64,000 nt of DNA. It comes from Rhizodiscina lignyota. Lineage: Eukaryota. The stretch spans positions 1,984,001 to 2,048,000 of the forward strand of contig ML978126.1 in NCBI GenBank assembly GCA_010015805.1, read 5' to 3'. This document shows positions 48,778 through 62,372 of the stretch, piece by piece (positions within the stretch are counted from its first letter, which is position 1; every line of letters starts with the position of its first letter). Made by a program: the position numbers and the translations under genes. The notes beneath the pieces were generated by a model. It made no database searches. It had not been told where the DNA came from and was given only the letters and a program-made list of their open reading frames with translations.

Positions 48778-51047
48778 CTACTCGTCCGCCATGGTAATCG
48801 ACTTGACGTCATCCTCCTTCTTGACACTTGCAGGCCTATATATAGTGAGTAATTGAACTATAATGTCAACATGTCGTTAAACTCACCCGAACAGCTCGCG
48901 GTCCAGACGCAAGTACTCCTTCGCGGCCTCCGGACCGCCGCGCTCGACCAGGAAACGCATGTACAGCGTTCCCAACTCCTTGACGGTATCCTCGTCAAGG
49001 CCGCTGTTTTGGCGGACGTCGTCCCAGACAGCCTTGATCGCCGAGTCGTGACCACTAGCAGCCGGCAGATCAATCTCGAACAGCAGCCAGCTCTCCCAGA
49101 ACTTGCGCACACCGAAGTACTTGCCCACGCTCCTTTTGTATAGGAAGCGTGCCTCATCGTGGTTGCCCTTGACCTTGGACAGCAGACGAGCTACTTCACC
49201 CACCAGGGCACCCCTGGTGGCGTTGTCGCATCCTGTGGCCTCGCCGTCAATGAAGTCCATGTACTTGCTGATCGCGGCGTCTACTCCGCCATGGCGGCGC
49301 GCGAGGTTCGCAAGGGAGATGATGGTATCGATATGGCCCGGCAGCACGTAGAGAATCGACTCATGGATATCTTGAGCAATGGCGACGCGGTTTGCTTCTT
49401 CGTTGGGATTCTGCACCATGTCCTTCTGTGACTCCTCGAAAAGAGCGTAGTGGATGCGGACTTGAGGCTTGGCGATGGGAGCGAACAGGCAGCTTGCACG
49501 CTGGTAGATGTTGCGCACTTCCTGGTACTTCTCCGGATACTTGGACATGTAGCGGGCGTAGCGCAGCCAGAACTCCTCGTAGTACGCTGCTGTGACAAGG
49601 CAGCGCTCGTAAAGGAAGATGATGCGGGCATAGTCGCCTTCAGCTTCTTCGAAGTCAAGATACTTGCCCCAGTTGGCGAGCTGAGCGGGATCCAGATCCT
49701 CGGTATGGAAGTACGGGCGCTTGATCTCCTGCTCGTAGGTCCAACGCTTTGTCGTCTCCGCCTGAGTCTTGCTGAAGACGCCGAGGAAATGCTGATCGAT
49801 TTTGCCGACGCGCAGCTCACGCTCCATCTCGACATCCGACTTCTCACCACCTGCGGCGATCACTTCTGTACGGTATTGCTCCAGGGTATCTGCTGGCACG
49901 AGCTCGTCGAGGGGTCTTGAGGCGGCGAGGTTGCGGAAGCGCTCGAAGTAGCGGGCGTACTGATGCATCGGGATGTGAATGATGCGACTCAGGATGGCGA
50001 AGATCTGAGCGTGGCCCTCGAAGCGCTCCTCGAACTCGATGTACTTGTCCCAGAAGGGGTGAGCGAGGAAGTCGAGGCCAACGTTCTTGGCACCGCGCTC
50101 GAAGAGACTGGGAAATGTAGTAAGCTGATAACTGAAAAGAGCGCATGGGTATATTTGAGGGGTTGGGGGAGAGGGTAAGCAAATATACAGTGTAAGTCCG
50201 AAGCTTTCAACATGTCTAAGTTCTCATATATATGTCATGGACGCGCCGTCGATGGATCTCAACGAGATCCTCGAGGATTGCGATAGATTGTGCTTGAATG
50301 AAGTAGATGGCGGTAGATAGCTCGACGAAAACTCAATTCAAGTGAAGGGCTGAAACAGGTGTGAGAGACTCCATGGAAGGTAGAGGTGGCTTTGCGAATC
50401 TCACCACTGTGCGCAACTCGCGCGTGATGTCATGCGACCAAGGCAGGCAGGCCAAAAAGGTTCAAGTGCCAGTAGATCGAAGGCGTGCGGATGCTTCGAG
50501 GCCGTGTTAAAGGGAAGAAGAGGGTAGAAGATCCGCCCCTGATACTTACTCTCGAATCGTCTGAGCGTCGTGGCAGGTCTCGACCTTGAAGGCGCAGTAG
50601 TTCATCCAGAGGTCGACGGAGTTCGTGATGCTTGCGACGCCGCGCTCGTATACCATCTCCGCGGCTTCTGTGCCAGCGATGGCGAACTCGAGCTCCGCAT
50701 AGCGCTTCCAGTATCCGAAGAAGAGAGGGAATTTCGCGAGGAATCGGTCGTAGATCAGGCGGAAAGAGTTGATGGCTTGAGGTGAAGCGTTGCGGTTGAG
50801 GCCGCCTTCTTGCGACTCGGCGGCGCGCACGAGTTGCTCCCAAGGCTCGGGGTTATCGGGATTCTCATGCTGTGGGAAATCTGTGAGCAGCAACCTTCCG
50901 TTAAAATTGTCAAACAAGCGACTAAATGAAGTTTTGCGCGCATACTACTGCTGCCCGGAGCTTCGCAAGCTCGGCGTTGTTGTCGTCAATGCCGAAGCTG
51001 GGCTGCTTGTCCTCCTCGAGCTCCCGGGGGAAATCCTCGATCTCCAT
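48778..51047 (-). CDS. PRP39: U1 snRNP HAT-repeat protein Prp39
   Basis: YDRFLAKFPLFFGYWKRYA, VGLDFLAHPFWDKY, YEQEIKRPYFH and LYERCLV; introns ~50871-50944, 50108-50549 and 48836-48886. Confidence 0.93.
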
Positions 51048-51574
51048 TGCGACACCTAATTCGCGTAAAAGTAAACGCGATATGTTACTTGATGGACAAA
51101 CTGACGATGAGTTGTTCAGAAAGTTGTGTAGAACGAAGCTATGTCGCGCGTAGCTGGAAGAGCTAGAGTGTCGAGGTGGGTACAGGAAGTTGAAGGTTGG
51201 AGGTCAGCAAGCGACCGTGGAGCGCCGAAGGTCAAAGTAAGGCTGCAGTTCTTGGCATTGCCAAGACAACGGCAAGTCTCTCAGGGCCTGGCCGACCGCA
51301 GTCACGTTACTCCACCTTCACGGTGTCAAGTGTTTGGAAGACGATGTCATTGACCATGTGAAATGGCTTCAATTTGCTTCAGCTATCAATAATATGTACT
51401 CGAATTCATGTTCTTGATTCCCATTGAATGGCCCAAAACATCATTAAATCGTCACCCGCATTTTGGTTCCCAACCGAAGACCAAGCCGCTCGCTCAAAGG
51501 GTATATCAACAAAGGTCGCTATGCAAAATGCAGGTTGCATCGCGGAAAAAGAATCGAAGGGAAGGAAGAAAATC

Positions 51575-54060
51575 TCACGGGCTCCGCTTCTGCCCCACCA
51601 CTTCGACCTCATATCCATCCTTCCTTTCTCTCAGCGCCTTCGCGAGCATGAGCTCTCTCATCCAGTCAATCCTCTCATCTCTTGTTCGCACCGCAAAATG
51701 ATGCGTCTTCCCACCCGCAACAGCCTTCACTAACCTCCTCCTCTCCTCGCCATCACCGTTTGTCGCCGGCCTGCCAGCAGGGACAAGCTGGAACGAGAAC
51801 GCCGCAGGGTCAAGGCCCTTCTCCTTGTTACCGACAAGTGAGAGTGCCTTGAACTTGGCGGATAGCTTACTGCTCGCAATACTCGAGCATGCCACAGCGT
51901 ACTCATCAATGTTCAGCGTGTCGAGCGGCGACGAAGACGGTAGCGAGTTAGGATGCATGGCGAGCTGCGTGCCCGTGAGGCGAAAGTGGTGATCTGCCCA
52001 CTCGTGCCGCAGCAGCTTGGTGCGCCGCTTCTTCATCCATCCAGCGTGGTTGATGCCAGGAAAACCTGGGCCCGTCGATGTCGGGTCCAACTTCGCTGTT
52101 GATGGCGCGGTCGGACCGGACGACTCAGAGCGGGCAGTCTCCCCGGAAAGCTTGGCCCTGTCGGAGGCATCGTCGATGCCCGCGATGTACTGGCCTTCAT
52201 GAAGTGTGGAGCCACGAACAGTGTCGCCTGCTGGACTGAAGACTTCATCTTCACCGAGGGTGGGCAGCGTGAGGGACGCACCGCGGCGGTAGTTCATGGC
52301 GGACGTCGAGCGCGTGATAGGGTCGCGGAACTGCATGTTCGGTGGCACAGAACGGGACATGTCTCTTGTGTCTGGACTAAGCGGGAAAGCAGAGTTGATC
52401 GGTATATCCATTTCGCTGGCTGGCGTGCCAAAGCGGTAGATCCCTCCCTCACCAACCGGCGTTGCAGCGGCGGTACGGCAAGGAGAGAAGGGAGAGAATG
52501 CAGACCGAGGCTCCCCACTCTCAATCTGAGGCTGAGCCGAAGCAGAGCGCGGGATGTTGAGCTTGGGGAGGCATTGGAGGCCTGTCAGAGGAGACGGACC
52601 CACGTTTTGAGCAGGCGCAAGAGTCGGTATCGCCGGGAACATCTCCAGTGGAGGACTCTCGAGAGGAGTAATGGGAACGGGCTGAGGTGGCTCGACATGC
52701 TGGAAGGTGAGGAACTGACGGACATGCTCCTGAGGGTCACGAGACTGAAGCTGCTGAAGAAAATTCTCTTGCAGCGCTGACGGGAACGCATGCTGCTCAC
52801 CAGGACCAAGGAGATCTGACGACGCAACAACAGAAGGGATAGCCTCCGACGTTGGGCGTAGGTGATTGTTGATGCCAGGTACCATGTTTGGTGCCGACGA
52901 GGCATTACCCGGGTCGCCAGTGAAGAAGATGCGACCGCCCTTATCCGGTGAGATTGGGAAGCCTTGTTCTTCCTGGATCCTCTTGAGCAGCTTCTGCTGC
53001 TTCTTCCACTTTGAGCACTTCTCTCCTCTGGCACACTTGTGTGGCTTCGGCATGAGTTGCTCAATCGCGACAATGGAGATGGACTCTGCTGGCGTGATTG
53101 GCTCGCCCAAGGGGTTACGTGGCTTTCGTGCTTTTCTTCTTCTGGAACCAGGAGTAATTGGTGTTACGCCGTTCTCGTCACACTGGTCAAGCTTGGAAGG
53201 CCGTCTCGAGCCAAGGCTGCTTGTGTCCTGAAAGGGTGTCGGTACCGGGCTGACACGTCCAGATCCGCCTCGCAGTTCGCAAATGTGGTTCCACAGTTGG
53301 TGTCGCTTGCCGAAAGATCGAATCTCCACCTCCTTCAAGTCCTCAAAGTTCATGTCCATGAGAACAGCGCCAGTAATATCGTGCGACTCGAAGCGATCGC
53401 AGATATCATCATCCATACCACACTGAGACATCCAAAAGGCGACCTGCTCCGCTGACCAGGTCCGAGGATCACTCTCATCCTCCTCTTGTCTCCTCTCCAC
53501 TGCCAACGCGTTTGGTGGGAATCCCTTGACTGTGCTTCCTGTGTGCGGCCCTTGGAAGGCAGTTTCCACTCTTGGGAATTCCTTCTTCGCGACCGGCGAC
53601 AATTGTAGAGCATAATCAAAGTCGAACTCCGATGAAGTTGTTGAAGTGCGGAACAGTTGCGGCCCTACCGGTCCCTGCATGGATCTCGAGTTTGTCGTGT
53701 CGACGGTAAGATTGAATTCGCTTCTTCTGGCCGAATGGGGCGTTGCGACCTCATCATACGTTGAAATCGTCGTTTGACTTCTCCTCCCTTCGTTCTGTTC
53801 CAGCGTCAGTTGCATACACCTCATCTGGGCGAGTGGGTCCATACTGATTCCGAGAAATTGTATTCCAGCGAATCCTCCTCGAATTCGCTATCCTCGTCTT
53901 CGTCAAAGTCGGTGTGCTCACTATGAGCATCGTCGAGGTCGTCTTCCCATATTTGGGTCGCTTCTGAAATTGCTCTCGAGAGGCGGTTGTATGATTCTTC
54001 GCTTATGCTTGCAAACGTGCCGGGCGGGAACAGCGGAGCGGTTTTCCCTCTGGAGAACAT
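51575..54060 (-). CDS. SAM- and PH-domain protein (Boi/Pob1-related, no SH3 seen)
   Basis: SAM: WSAEQVAFWM...HDITGAVLMD...SFGKR; PH: HAGWMKKRR...RIDWMRELMLAKA; intron 53795-53844. Confidence 0.88.
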
Positions 54061-57000
54061 CTCGACGCCCGGCTCCAGCGGCGTAATTGGTGTAAATGGA
54101 TCCTGCAATTGCACTTGTTAGTGGATATACGGGCTACGGTGGGCCATTCTGGAGTACCATTTGTCAAGGAGTGTACAGCGCTCTCGGACCAGCAGAGAGC
54201 TAATCGTATATACTAGAGCGGGGTATCGTCACTGTTGCCAGTGCTGACGGGAGTCTATCTCAAAGGACACATGCACGCAACACAAACTCGAAACAGCAGA
54301 GCAAAAGCAGAAGTCGCAAAACGCTTCGGGACAGTCAGGGTAACGGTGGCTTTTAAGAGGCAGTGAATGATAGCGGTCGAGCGCATATTTGGCTCTCATG
54401 GTTGGGCGAATTGAGTGGCTCGGTGGGCGAGGTGGTGGCCCTGTTAGCGGCCTGCGCTGCAGCAAATCACCACTGACGGCATGGGGGTGGGCAAGGCGTG
54501 GCCGCCGGGTGCTGCCCGCGTCCTTGCTTTAAGCGCCAGGTGCCAAAAACAGCCTGGCTCTCACGCTGCACCGCCATCTAAAAAGGGCGGGCGGCGCGAT
54601 TGGCTGCACGCGCCTCGTCGCATCGGCGCGATCCTGGCAGATGCAGAGCCTCCGGCCAACGGCGATCGTCGCCCAATGTGCCGAGAATGAGCATTGCAGT
54701 CGCATCCCAGAATAAGCACCCAATGGAGCACGCTCTCATGACTCGGATGCCTCGAATCGATCTCGTCACCTCTCGACGCGCCCGCTCACCCATCCCTATG
54801 AGGCTGTTCGGGCTCGGAACGGTACGCGACTTGAAGGGAGAGCGAAAAGGGTTCAGCCTCCGACCCAATTCAGCAGAGGTCTCGGAGAAGGCCTCCTGGA
54901 CTCGATAGGGCCTTCTGGGGTTCCTGGAGCGGGCGCCTGCCGACGGAATCGACGGTGAGGCGGCTTCTCGTCCCGACATCGAGTGTATCGATTGCGCTGT
55001 GCGACAAGCACCACCGCACATCGAGAAAGCCAAGTGCTTGCAGAACCGGCTCACGGCAGCGTGAGAAAGCACAACGAGGAGTTTAGTCACACGCGGACTT
55101 GCTCTATTCCACGTACTCGGTACACTCCGCTGGGGTTCGTAATATCTCCAGCTTCGTTACGATGGATCTAGGGTCGGCTAACCCTGCAGCGGCAGATTGA
55201 CGAGGCTTACTACGACAGGCTTCGAGCGGCGAGCATCACGATCACGGCCTGTAAGCTTGTCGTTCCTTCTGCGCAGTCAATCATCAATTCCCACGCTTAA
55301 TTTCGAGCGGGGTCACGTCATGAGCACTCCCTTCCGAGATGGCCTTATGCAGCTGCGAGTCGGAAGCACATCCTCTCCAGATGTTCTCAACAGCTCTCAC
55401 AGTGCATTATGCACGAACTGGACACACATGTGATGTTGTGGAGCATCCAGACTATTCCACGACACACAATTTACAACCGAATTCATCTACGGCCACAATT
55501 CCGGCCTCTCCCATTCAAAAGCAGCCCGTTCTTCTAGCCGTAAAAGCGACGCAGGTCCAAGGCCTCGTGGCGGCTGTCGTACGACGTGAGCACTCCAATA
55601 CCCCGAGAGCCACGGCGTCGTGCCTCTTGGGGCCTGCAGATTCCTCCCCACCAAGTTCAAGCCGCCCGGAACACATTGATTCCAGAGTTTTCTTTTCGGA
55701 AGTCAACGAGTCCGACCTGAGCCACTGAGAGAAGGAGGCTGGTGGCGACTGTCCCAATGGTAAGTGTTCAGGTAAGCACGAAGGATGCCAACTTACTCGA
55801 AAAGCGAAACGGACACCAACCAGGGCCGTTACATGACCCTTTGTACCTCGCACATGATCTGGAATCCAGGCGGAGCCGTGACCTTCCTTTTGCTCGACGG
55901 CTCGTATATGGGTCTATAGGCAATCTCGTAATCGTTATGCCGCAAATGAGATCCGCAGTTGCCGGAGACGGCCCCAGATTCGCCAGAGTCTTGACGAATT
56001 TCAGCCCAACGTCCTTGGACCCGGTCCTGATGAGCATGTCCAGAGCTGACCGTGAGGCATCGCCATGTCCATCATGTCTATCGAAATCAGCGCCACCGAA
56101 CATCATTGCAACGCCAGACACGAGGACATAGTAGATGACCGGGCCCCTGCGTTTTACTTGCCATGCGTTCAAGAATGGTTGGCTGTCGTGCAGCGATTCC
56201 GATTTCGCCGCTGAGTTGGCAAAAGCACCGAGCGACAATCGAAACTTCTGTTCGCATTCTCGAAACCCAACCCGCATCCAGCCGCCGAAAACCACCGATC
56301 ATGTCATTCAGCCTCAAATTAAGGAGATCTACATGCTCATGTGCTCACACACCTTCAGCTTCGCCCTCAATTGCAACGCATTGCGCGGAGCGGTAAGTAT
56401 CGGCTACTTCGGTGGAAGTAGCACAGGCCTCGACGTTGAGAACTTGAGAGCAGGTTCAACTCTGTGGCTTGAGCTTCTCGAGTCACACCGTACACGAAGC
56501 GAGCTTTTGACCTTCGCGGAGTTTGCGGAGCTGCTGGCTCCTCTCGAATCCTACATTATCGAAATTCTTGTGATCGGTATCCAATGAGGTCGAGGAATGG
56601 CGACCATTATCCGGCCTTCCTTCCACGATAAATTATTGCTAATTATGGGCAATTCTGTACTTCCTAATCTAGGACTTATCCAACTGTCGATTAATTAAGC
56701 TCTTTTACTTTTGCCAGGAGGCAAGCCAGGGTTAACCCTGATCCTAGCAAGCCACTGAGCATCTCTTGCGTGCGTTTGGCGCTTTGACTGGCTATCCGCG
56801 GGACGCGCCGCGAGCTTGTCATGCACGATGCAAGATTCTATCACCTCCACCCTGGCCACTCAGCGTGCAGCATTCCCAACCTCTTCAGCGTGACCTTCCT
56901 CGCTCAATTTCCAGGCAGATGGTCAGGCCGCTCGCGACTCGCTCTGGCCGTGAGAAGAATCGCTCACTCCTGCCTCAATCGGTGCTGTGGAAGCGAGGGC

Positions 57001-57946
57001 ATCGATGGACACGCGGTGCGAGCACATCCGGGCCTAAGCAGTACACTTTTCGGCGGATATCCCGCCGAATGCTCATGGGGCCAAATCGTGAGACTCTCGG
57101 CATCGACGGTTGAGTACGGAGCACTTCTGAGCTGGAGACCATCATCAAAGGCCTTCACCAGCACCTCAGATCATGTTGCCCGATGCTGAAAGCCTCAAAG
57201 ACGTGATCTGCTGCAATCACGGCTCGGTACGGCGAGTTATCAAAGGGGCTAATGCAAGAATTCAACGTCTTCCAGAGCTTCCAAGCTTTCTCCACGCGAA
57301 TCCACCGAGCTCACGGACCACAGTGCGATTGAACTTATGCACGAGGCCATTTTGGTGTGGGTCGACTGTGAGATCCTGGTCTTGTGGAGCGAGAAAGAGG
57401 TCTGAGCAAAAATAGCCACCAAAGTGTCCGCATCCGTGCGGAATGATGGTTAATTTGCTTCCCGCGTGCACACTCCACAGCATCCACAGCCAATCAATGC
57501 TGCAGCTCTGCATGCAACATGCCCGGGTTAAATTTCTGCTGCTATTCCTGGATGAGGGGTTAAGGTCGTCAATTCACCATGAATGGCATATAAGGACAAT
57601 AACCCATCCTTCAACCCACTCCCCAAGTCGAATTGAGCAAGCACCAGCGACTCTCCCCAAGCCAGTGGGCCGACCGACCGACAAATAAACCCTTGCTATT
57701 ATTCCGGAATTCGCTCAGCCAGAGATAATCCAGAAGGCGCCGGTCGCAAAATCTCTGTTCCTCATTAATCTTAATAGCATCCACGGTCGAGCCAGATCAC
57801 TGTCGCTCACACAATAGCGTCCCCGCCAGTCGGAGCGCATTCGTTCACTGAATACCTTTTTTATTCACGGCCTGCCCCCAAGTCCCAACGAGCTGGGCTC
57901 ACGCAATACTTATTGATTGCTTTCCCTTCTTTTACTTTTACGAATA

Positions 57947-59994
57947 ATGTCTACCAAGGCAACTTCCTCTCCTTCAATTAAACAAAATATGGCTGGCCCA
58001 AAAACCACTTCCGACTCGAAACAAGCGTCCAAGGGCATGCACAGGCGATCGCGCACTGGTCAGTATTTTCCCTTTCCCTCGCTGCAGGGATGCCGCAACA
58101 AGTGGCTTCGCCCATACTGACATTTCCATGCACAGGCTGCTTCACATGTCGCCTGCGCAGGAAGAAGTGCGATGAGGGCAGGTCTGTTTGCAAGGCCTGC
58201 CGGAATCTGGGACTCGAGTGCCAGTACAAGCGGCCACATTGGTGGAGTAACAACGATGCGCGCCGGGCGAAGAAGGAGGATATCAAGAACAAGATCAAGC
58301 ACAAGAAGCTCCAGGAGAAGGCGGCCCAACAGGGAACGATGACAACGACAAATACCCCGCCCAGTCTCTGCCACTCAATTCGCACGTCCAGGGAGGCTTC
58401 ACTAGGGTCGCAACTGTCTGGCGACTTTAATTTTAATCAGTACACCACCCAGGATCTGTTCAGTTCCGGGATGATGGCCCCGCCGCAATTCGCACCTGCG
58501 ATGCCGTACGTCGCTGCCGCTGACTTCTCACCATACGAGATCGACGTCAAGACTGAGTGCCAGACATTTGTTAACGACGTCGAGACGCGCCGCGAATCCA
58601 CAATCTCTTCCTTCAGCGGATACCCAATGCTACCTGCTCAGGGATTTGAGGAGGACGCTACCTGGGTACAGTCGGAGTTTCACGAGTCGCGACGTGAGTC
58701 TTTTGTTGAGGAACCCTTCCTCGACTCTCAACTCTGGGAGCTCCCTCACGCACCATTCTCGCCGCAGCACAATGCCACCATCCAAGTCGAGCAAAACGAC
58801 CAGTACCTCCTCGAGCATTTCTTGAAGGCGGTTGTTCCTCTCATCTTCCCGGTTCTAGAGGCCAATCAGAACGGCTCTGCCCGCCGCGACATTATCCTCC
58901 CTGCCCTCGAGAGCAACGAACCCTATCTACACTGCTGCCTCAGCGCATCCGCTCTGCACCTCAAGACCACCCGGCCAGAGCTAGCTACCGGTGACCTGAT
59001 CGATGCCGACATTCAGCGACATCGCTGGGATGCAATCAACGGTCTCGTACAGGCACTTGACAACATTGAGTTTAACCACGAGCAGACTCTCGAGGCAACG
59101 CTTGCGATGATCTTCTTCCAGTCCAGCATTGGCCGCCACGATGATAGTCTTCAAGACATTCCCTGGCACGCACACTTCAGCGCTGCAAAGGACTTGATCA
59201 ACCGCCTCGAGCTTTCGAACAAGATGCTCGCCGCCTCTAGCTACGGCCAGCAGCCACCTTTCAACATGACTCTCGCATCGTGGATCGACATCCTCGGCGC
59301 AACAATGATTGGCCGCACTCCTGTTTTCGCCGACACCTACCGCGAGAAGAACATTGCAAACTCCTCTGCTGGCCTCGCCGAGCTCATGGGCTGCGACGAC
59401 AAGATCATGTTCACAATCTCGGAAATCGCCTGCCTCGAGGCGATGTCCCTCGAGGGTAAGATGGATGAGGTCTCGATCTGCACATACATCAAGATGCTCG
59501 GCGATCAGATCTCACTTACAGAGTCCACCCCAGACACTACGCCAGAGTTCGCATACGCCCCTAACGGCGCCTTCCGCCCCAAGCAGCTGATCAAGAACAT
59601 TACGCACGTCTTCCGCATCGCTGCGCGAATCTACCTGTGCAGCTTGGTTCCGGACTTCGACCGCTCGGGCCAGCACATCATCAACCTCGTCGCGCAACTC
59701 GCCGACGCGATGGAATACATCCCCACCGGCGAAACTGGCCACGACCGCAGCCTCGTGTGGCCCCTGGTCATCGCAGGCTCCGTGTCGCTCGCCGACTCTC
59801 CCTTCCGCACCATGTTCGAGCACCGCTCGCAGCTTATGGGCGACGCCGCCATGTTCGGTAGCTTCGGGCGCACAACCCAGCTACTAAAGACTGTGTGGCA
59901 ATTCAACGATGAGGCCTTTGCCAAGGGACAGAGGAAGGGTCTCCACTGGAGGGAGGCGATGGGGCAGAAGGGCTGGGACTTCTTGTTGATCTAG
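57947..59994 (+). CDS. pro1: Zn(II)2Cys6 developmental regulator Pro1/NosA/ADV-1
   Basis: [22 protein letters not shown] across intron 58059-58135; YKRPHWW, PYEIDVKTE, ELMGCDD and C-terminal WDFLLI. Confidence 0.92.
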
Positions 59995-60488
59995 AGGTCC
60001 AGGCCCTTTGCCACATCCTGGCCTGATCTCTGTCTCACTTGCCACTGGCGCCAGTCACTTCCTTTTTTTGTTTCTTGTTGTTCTCCTGCATATATTTTGC
60101 CGTATACCCCATTTTTGTAATCGTTTGACTTTCCTCTTCAGCATCATGGAGGATTGTTTTCTGTAACCTCATAGACGCATTTGCGATGGCGCTGGACATT
60201 AAGCATGGCATGAGCATTGGCATATCACACTATCACGACGACTACGGCCGCTCTTTAACACATAATGTCGTCGCAGGCGGAGCTATTACACGGAGCTCGC
60301 GGCCTTTGGGAGGATTTCATTTTCTATCGCCCGGCTCTAGTGCAGACCGAGGCATCTTGAATCGATTGTATTATAATACGATAGCACTCATCGCATCGCA
60401 AAGATGACGAGCAATTGAAAGCCGAAGGCATGAAAGTAAATCTTCTGCTCCACACTCTTCTTGATGCGACCTGATTGAAATAAGATCT

Positions 60489-60560
60489 CTCACTACGTCG
60501 CGAGATTCACTACGTGGCGACACGAGTCCACTCTTTAGGCAGCTCAAGTCTGTCCTCGCA
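60489..60560 (+). repeat. Diverged copy, in inverted orientation, of the sequence at ~63890-63967
   Basis: 60489-60520 matches the reverse complement of 63936-63967 at 25 of 32 positions. Confidence 0.5.
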
Positions 60561-60684
60561 TGTCTATAGAGTTATAGTCAATATGTCACTGTTCTTCAGT
60601 TATTTCAATACCTTAGACAGCGTGTAGCGAGGAACATTACCGCGGCTGCTGTTGATCACGCAAGCCATGTTCACAGCCGCAAAA

Positions 60685-60722
60685 GCACGTGATAAGCTAC
60701 AGTCACGTGACTTATCACGTGC
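60685..60722. repeat. Nested palindrome with three CACGTG and two GATAAG motifs
   Basis: GCACGTGATAAG...CTTATCACGTGC perfect 12-bp arms; central AGTCACGTGACT. Confidence 0.85.
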
Positions 60723-60926
60723 ACATAATTTAATTGAAACACTCAAAATTATGCGGCATAGCGCAGACTTTCGTACTATTAACTATCGTTGATGGCTGAA
60801 CCTGATGCTTTTCCAGTATTGACTAGCTGTTGATGGCTTATGGACCTTGGGTCTGCTACTGCCTTTCTCATACTCTTTCCGCCTGTGCACGAGCCTATCT
60901 CGACTCTCCTGAGCGTGCCAACTGGG

Positions 60927-61791
60927 TTACGCACACCGACCTCCGTCAATGATCAACTCGGTTCCTGTCACGTAGTTTGCCTCCTCGCTGGCCAGGTAGC
61001 AACAGCCATTGGCGACGTCCGTGACGTCCGTCATTCTTCCCAGTGGGATCAAGGACATGAAATAGGCCCGGTTCTCCGGGGTATTTGGCTTTCCAAGGAA
61101 CCTATGAGAACTGCAGAGTCGATGTCAGTCAAACAGCTCCTGGTATCCTAACATGCCAACATGTGACTTACAGTCCGGTGTCTGCAAATTGTGGGCACAC
61201 CGAGTTGAATCTGATGTTGTTCGTAGCATATTCCTGGGCTAAAGACCTTGAAGCTGCGTTCACCGCAGCCTTGGATCCGCAGTACCATGTCAGGTTGGGC
61301 TTGGGCCTGATGGCACCACTGGACGCAATATTGATGAAGGAGCCGCCCTTCTTGTTCTCTTTCATCCATGGGACGATCTCGGCGACCGACAGGTAGATGG
61401 ATTTGTAATTGACCAACATGGTCAGATCATATTCCTCGTCAGTCACCTCGTGCGACGGCTATATCGGAGTCAGTGATGGCAGTTTCATTCTTCTCTCGCC
61501 TGCTCTTACCTTGCTACTATAGCATGTGCCAGCATTGTTGACCACAACGTCGGGACCACCATACAGTTCAATAGATTTCTGTAACACTTTCTGCCAGTGG
61601 TCGCGCTTGGTTACATCGGCCTGGATGCTTTCGCATCCAAGTTCTTTGGCGACAGCGACACCACTTTCGGGGTGCATCTCAGCAATGAGCACTTTGGCAC
61701 CCTCGGCCACAAATTTTGCGGAGATGGCTTTACCGAAGCCACTACCACCACCAGTCACAATCGCCACCTTTCCATCTAGACGTCCGGGCAT
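60927..61791 (-). CDS. Short-chain dehydrogenase/reductase (FabG-like)
   Basis: TGGGSGFG, VNNAG, YCGSK and C-terminal IDGGRCA; two introns. Confidence 0.93.
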
Positions 61792-61997
61792 TTTTTTTGT
61801 TTTAAAGGATTTGGTGAAAGAAAAGGGGATCTCTGAGCCTGACGATGAAGTTGCGGCTTTGATGAATACTAGTATCTCGAATTCGTGAACAAAATGGGAC
61901 TATTTAGCTTCGGAAAGTGAATTCTGGGCTTGTATATATGACTCGACCCAGTCCTGCACTAGTACAGCATCGTTCATTTCGGATCCGCAATCACCGC

Positions 61998-62020
61998 GTG
62001 GGGAAGCCAGGAATGCGGGG
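61998..62020 (+). promoter_or_regulatory. Paired SYGGRG (CreA-type) sites in the divergent promoter
   Basis: GTGGGG 61998-62003 and GCGGGG 62015-62020. Confidence 0.35.
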
Positions 62021-62372
62021 TGCTTGGAGCTAAAATGGTTAGTTCTTCCTCTCTAAGGGTTCAATAGCGTTTCTATCAGCGGTGTCGCCGCTGACTCTGA
62101 GTTTGCCATTCGTTGTCTCAACCGACGAGCAGGAAGTTAGACGGCGAAATCGGAGCCTGTAGGAGTTACCTATAAGCTACCACGAGACTACTCGACTTAC
62201 ATACAACAGAGACAGAGCAATGCTTTCTTGTTGGAGACACATTGCATTATCAGATAAATTTGGTTAAATCATTCATCCAGATAGTGTTTCTTACCATTCT
62301 CAGCACTTACGACATACAAGTAATTTCACAGCAGAATCAGCGAGAGTATCTCATACGACACGCCGACTCAAC

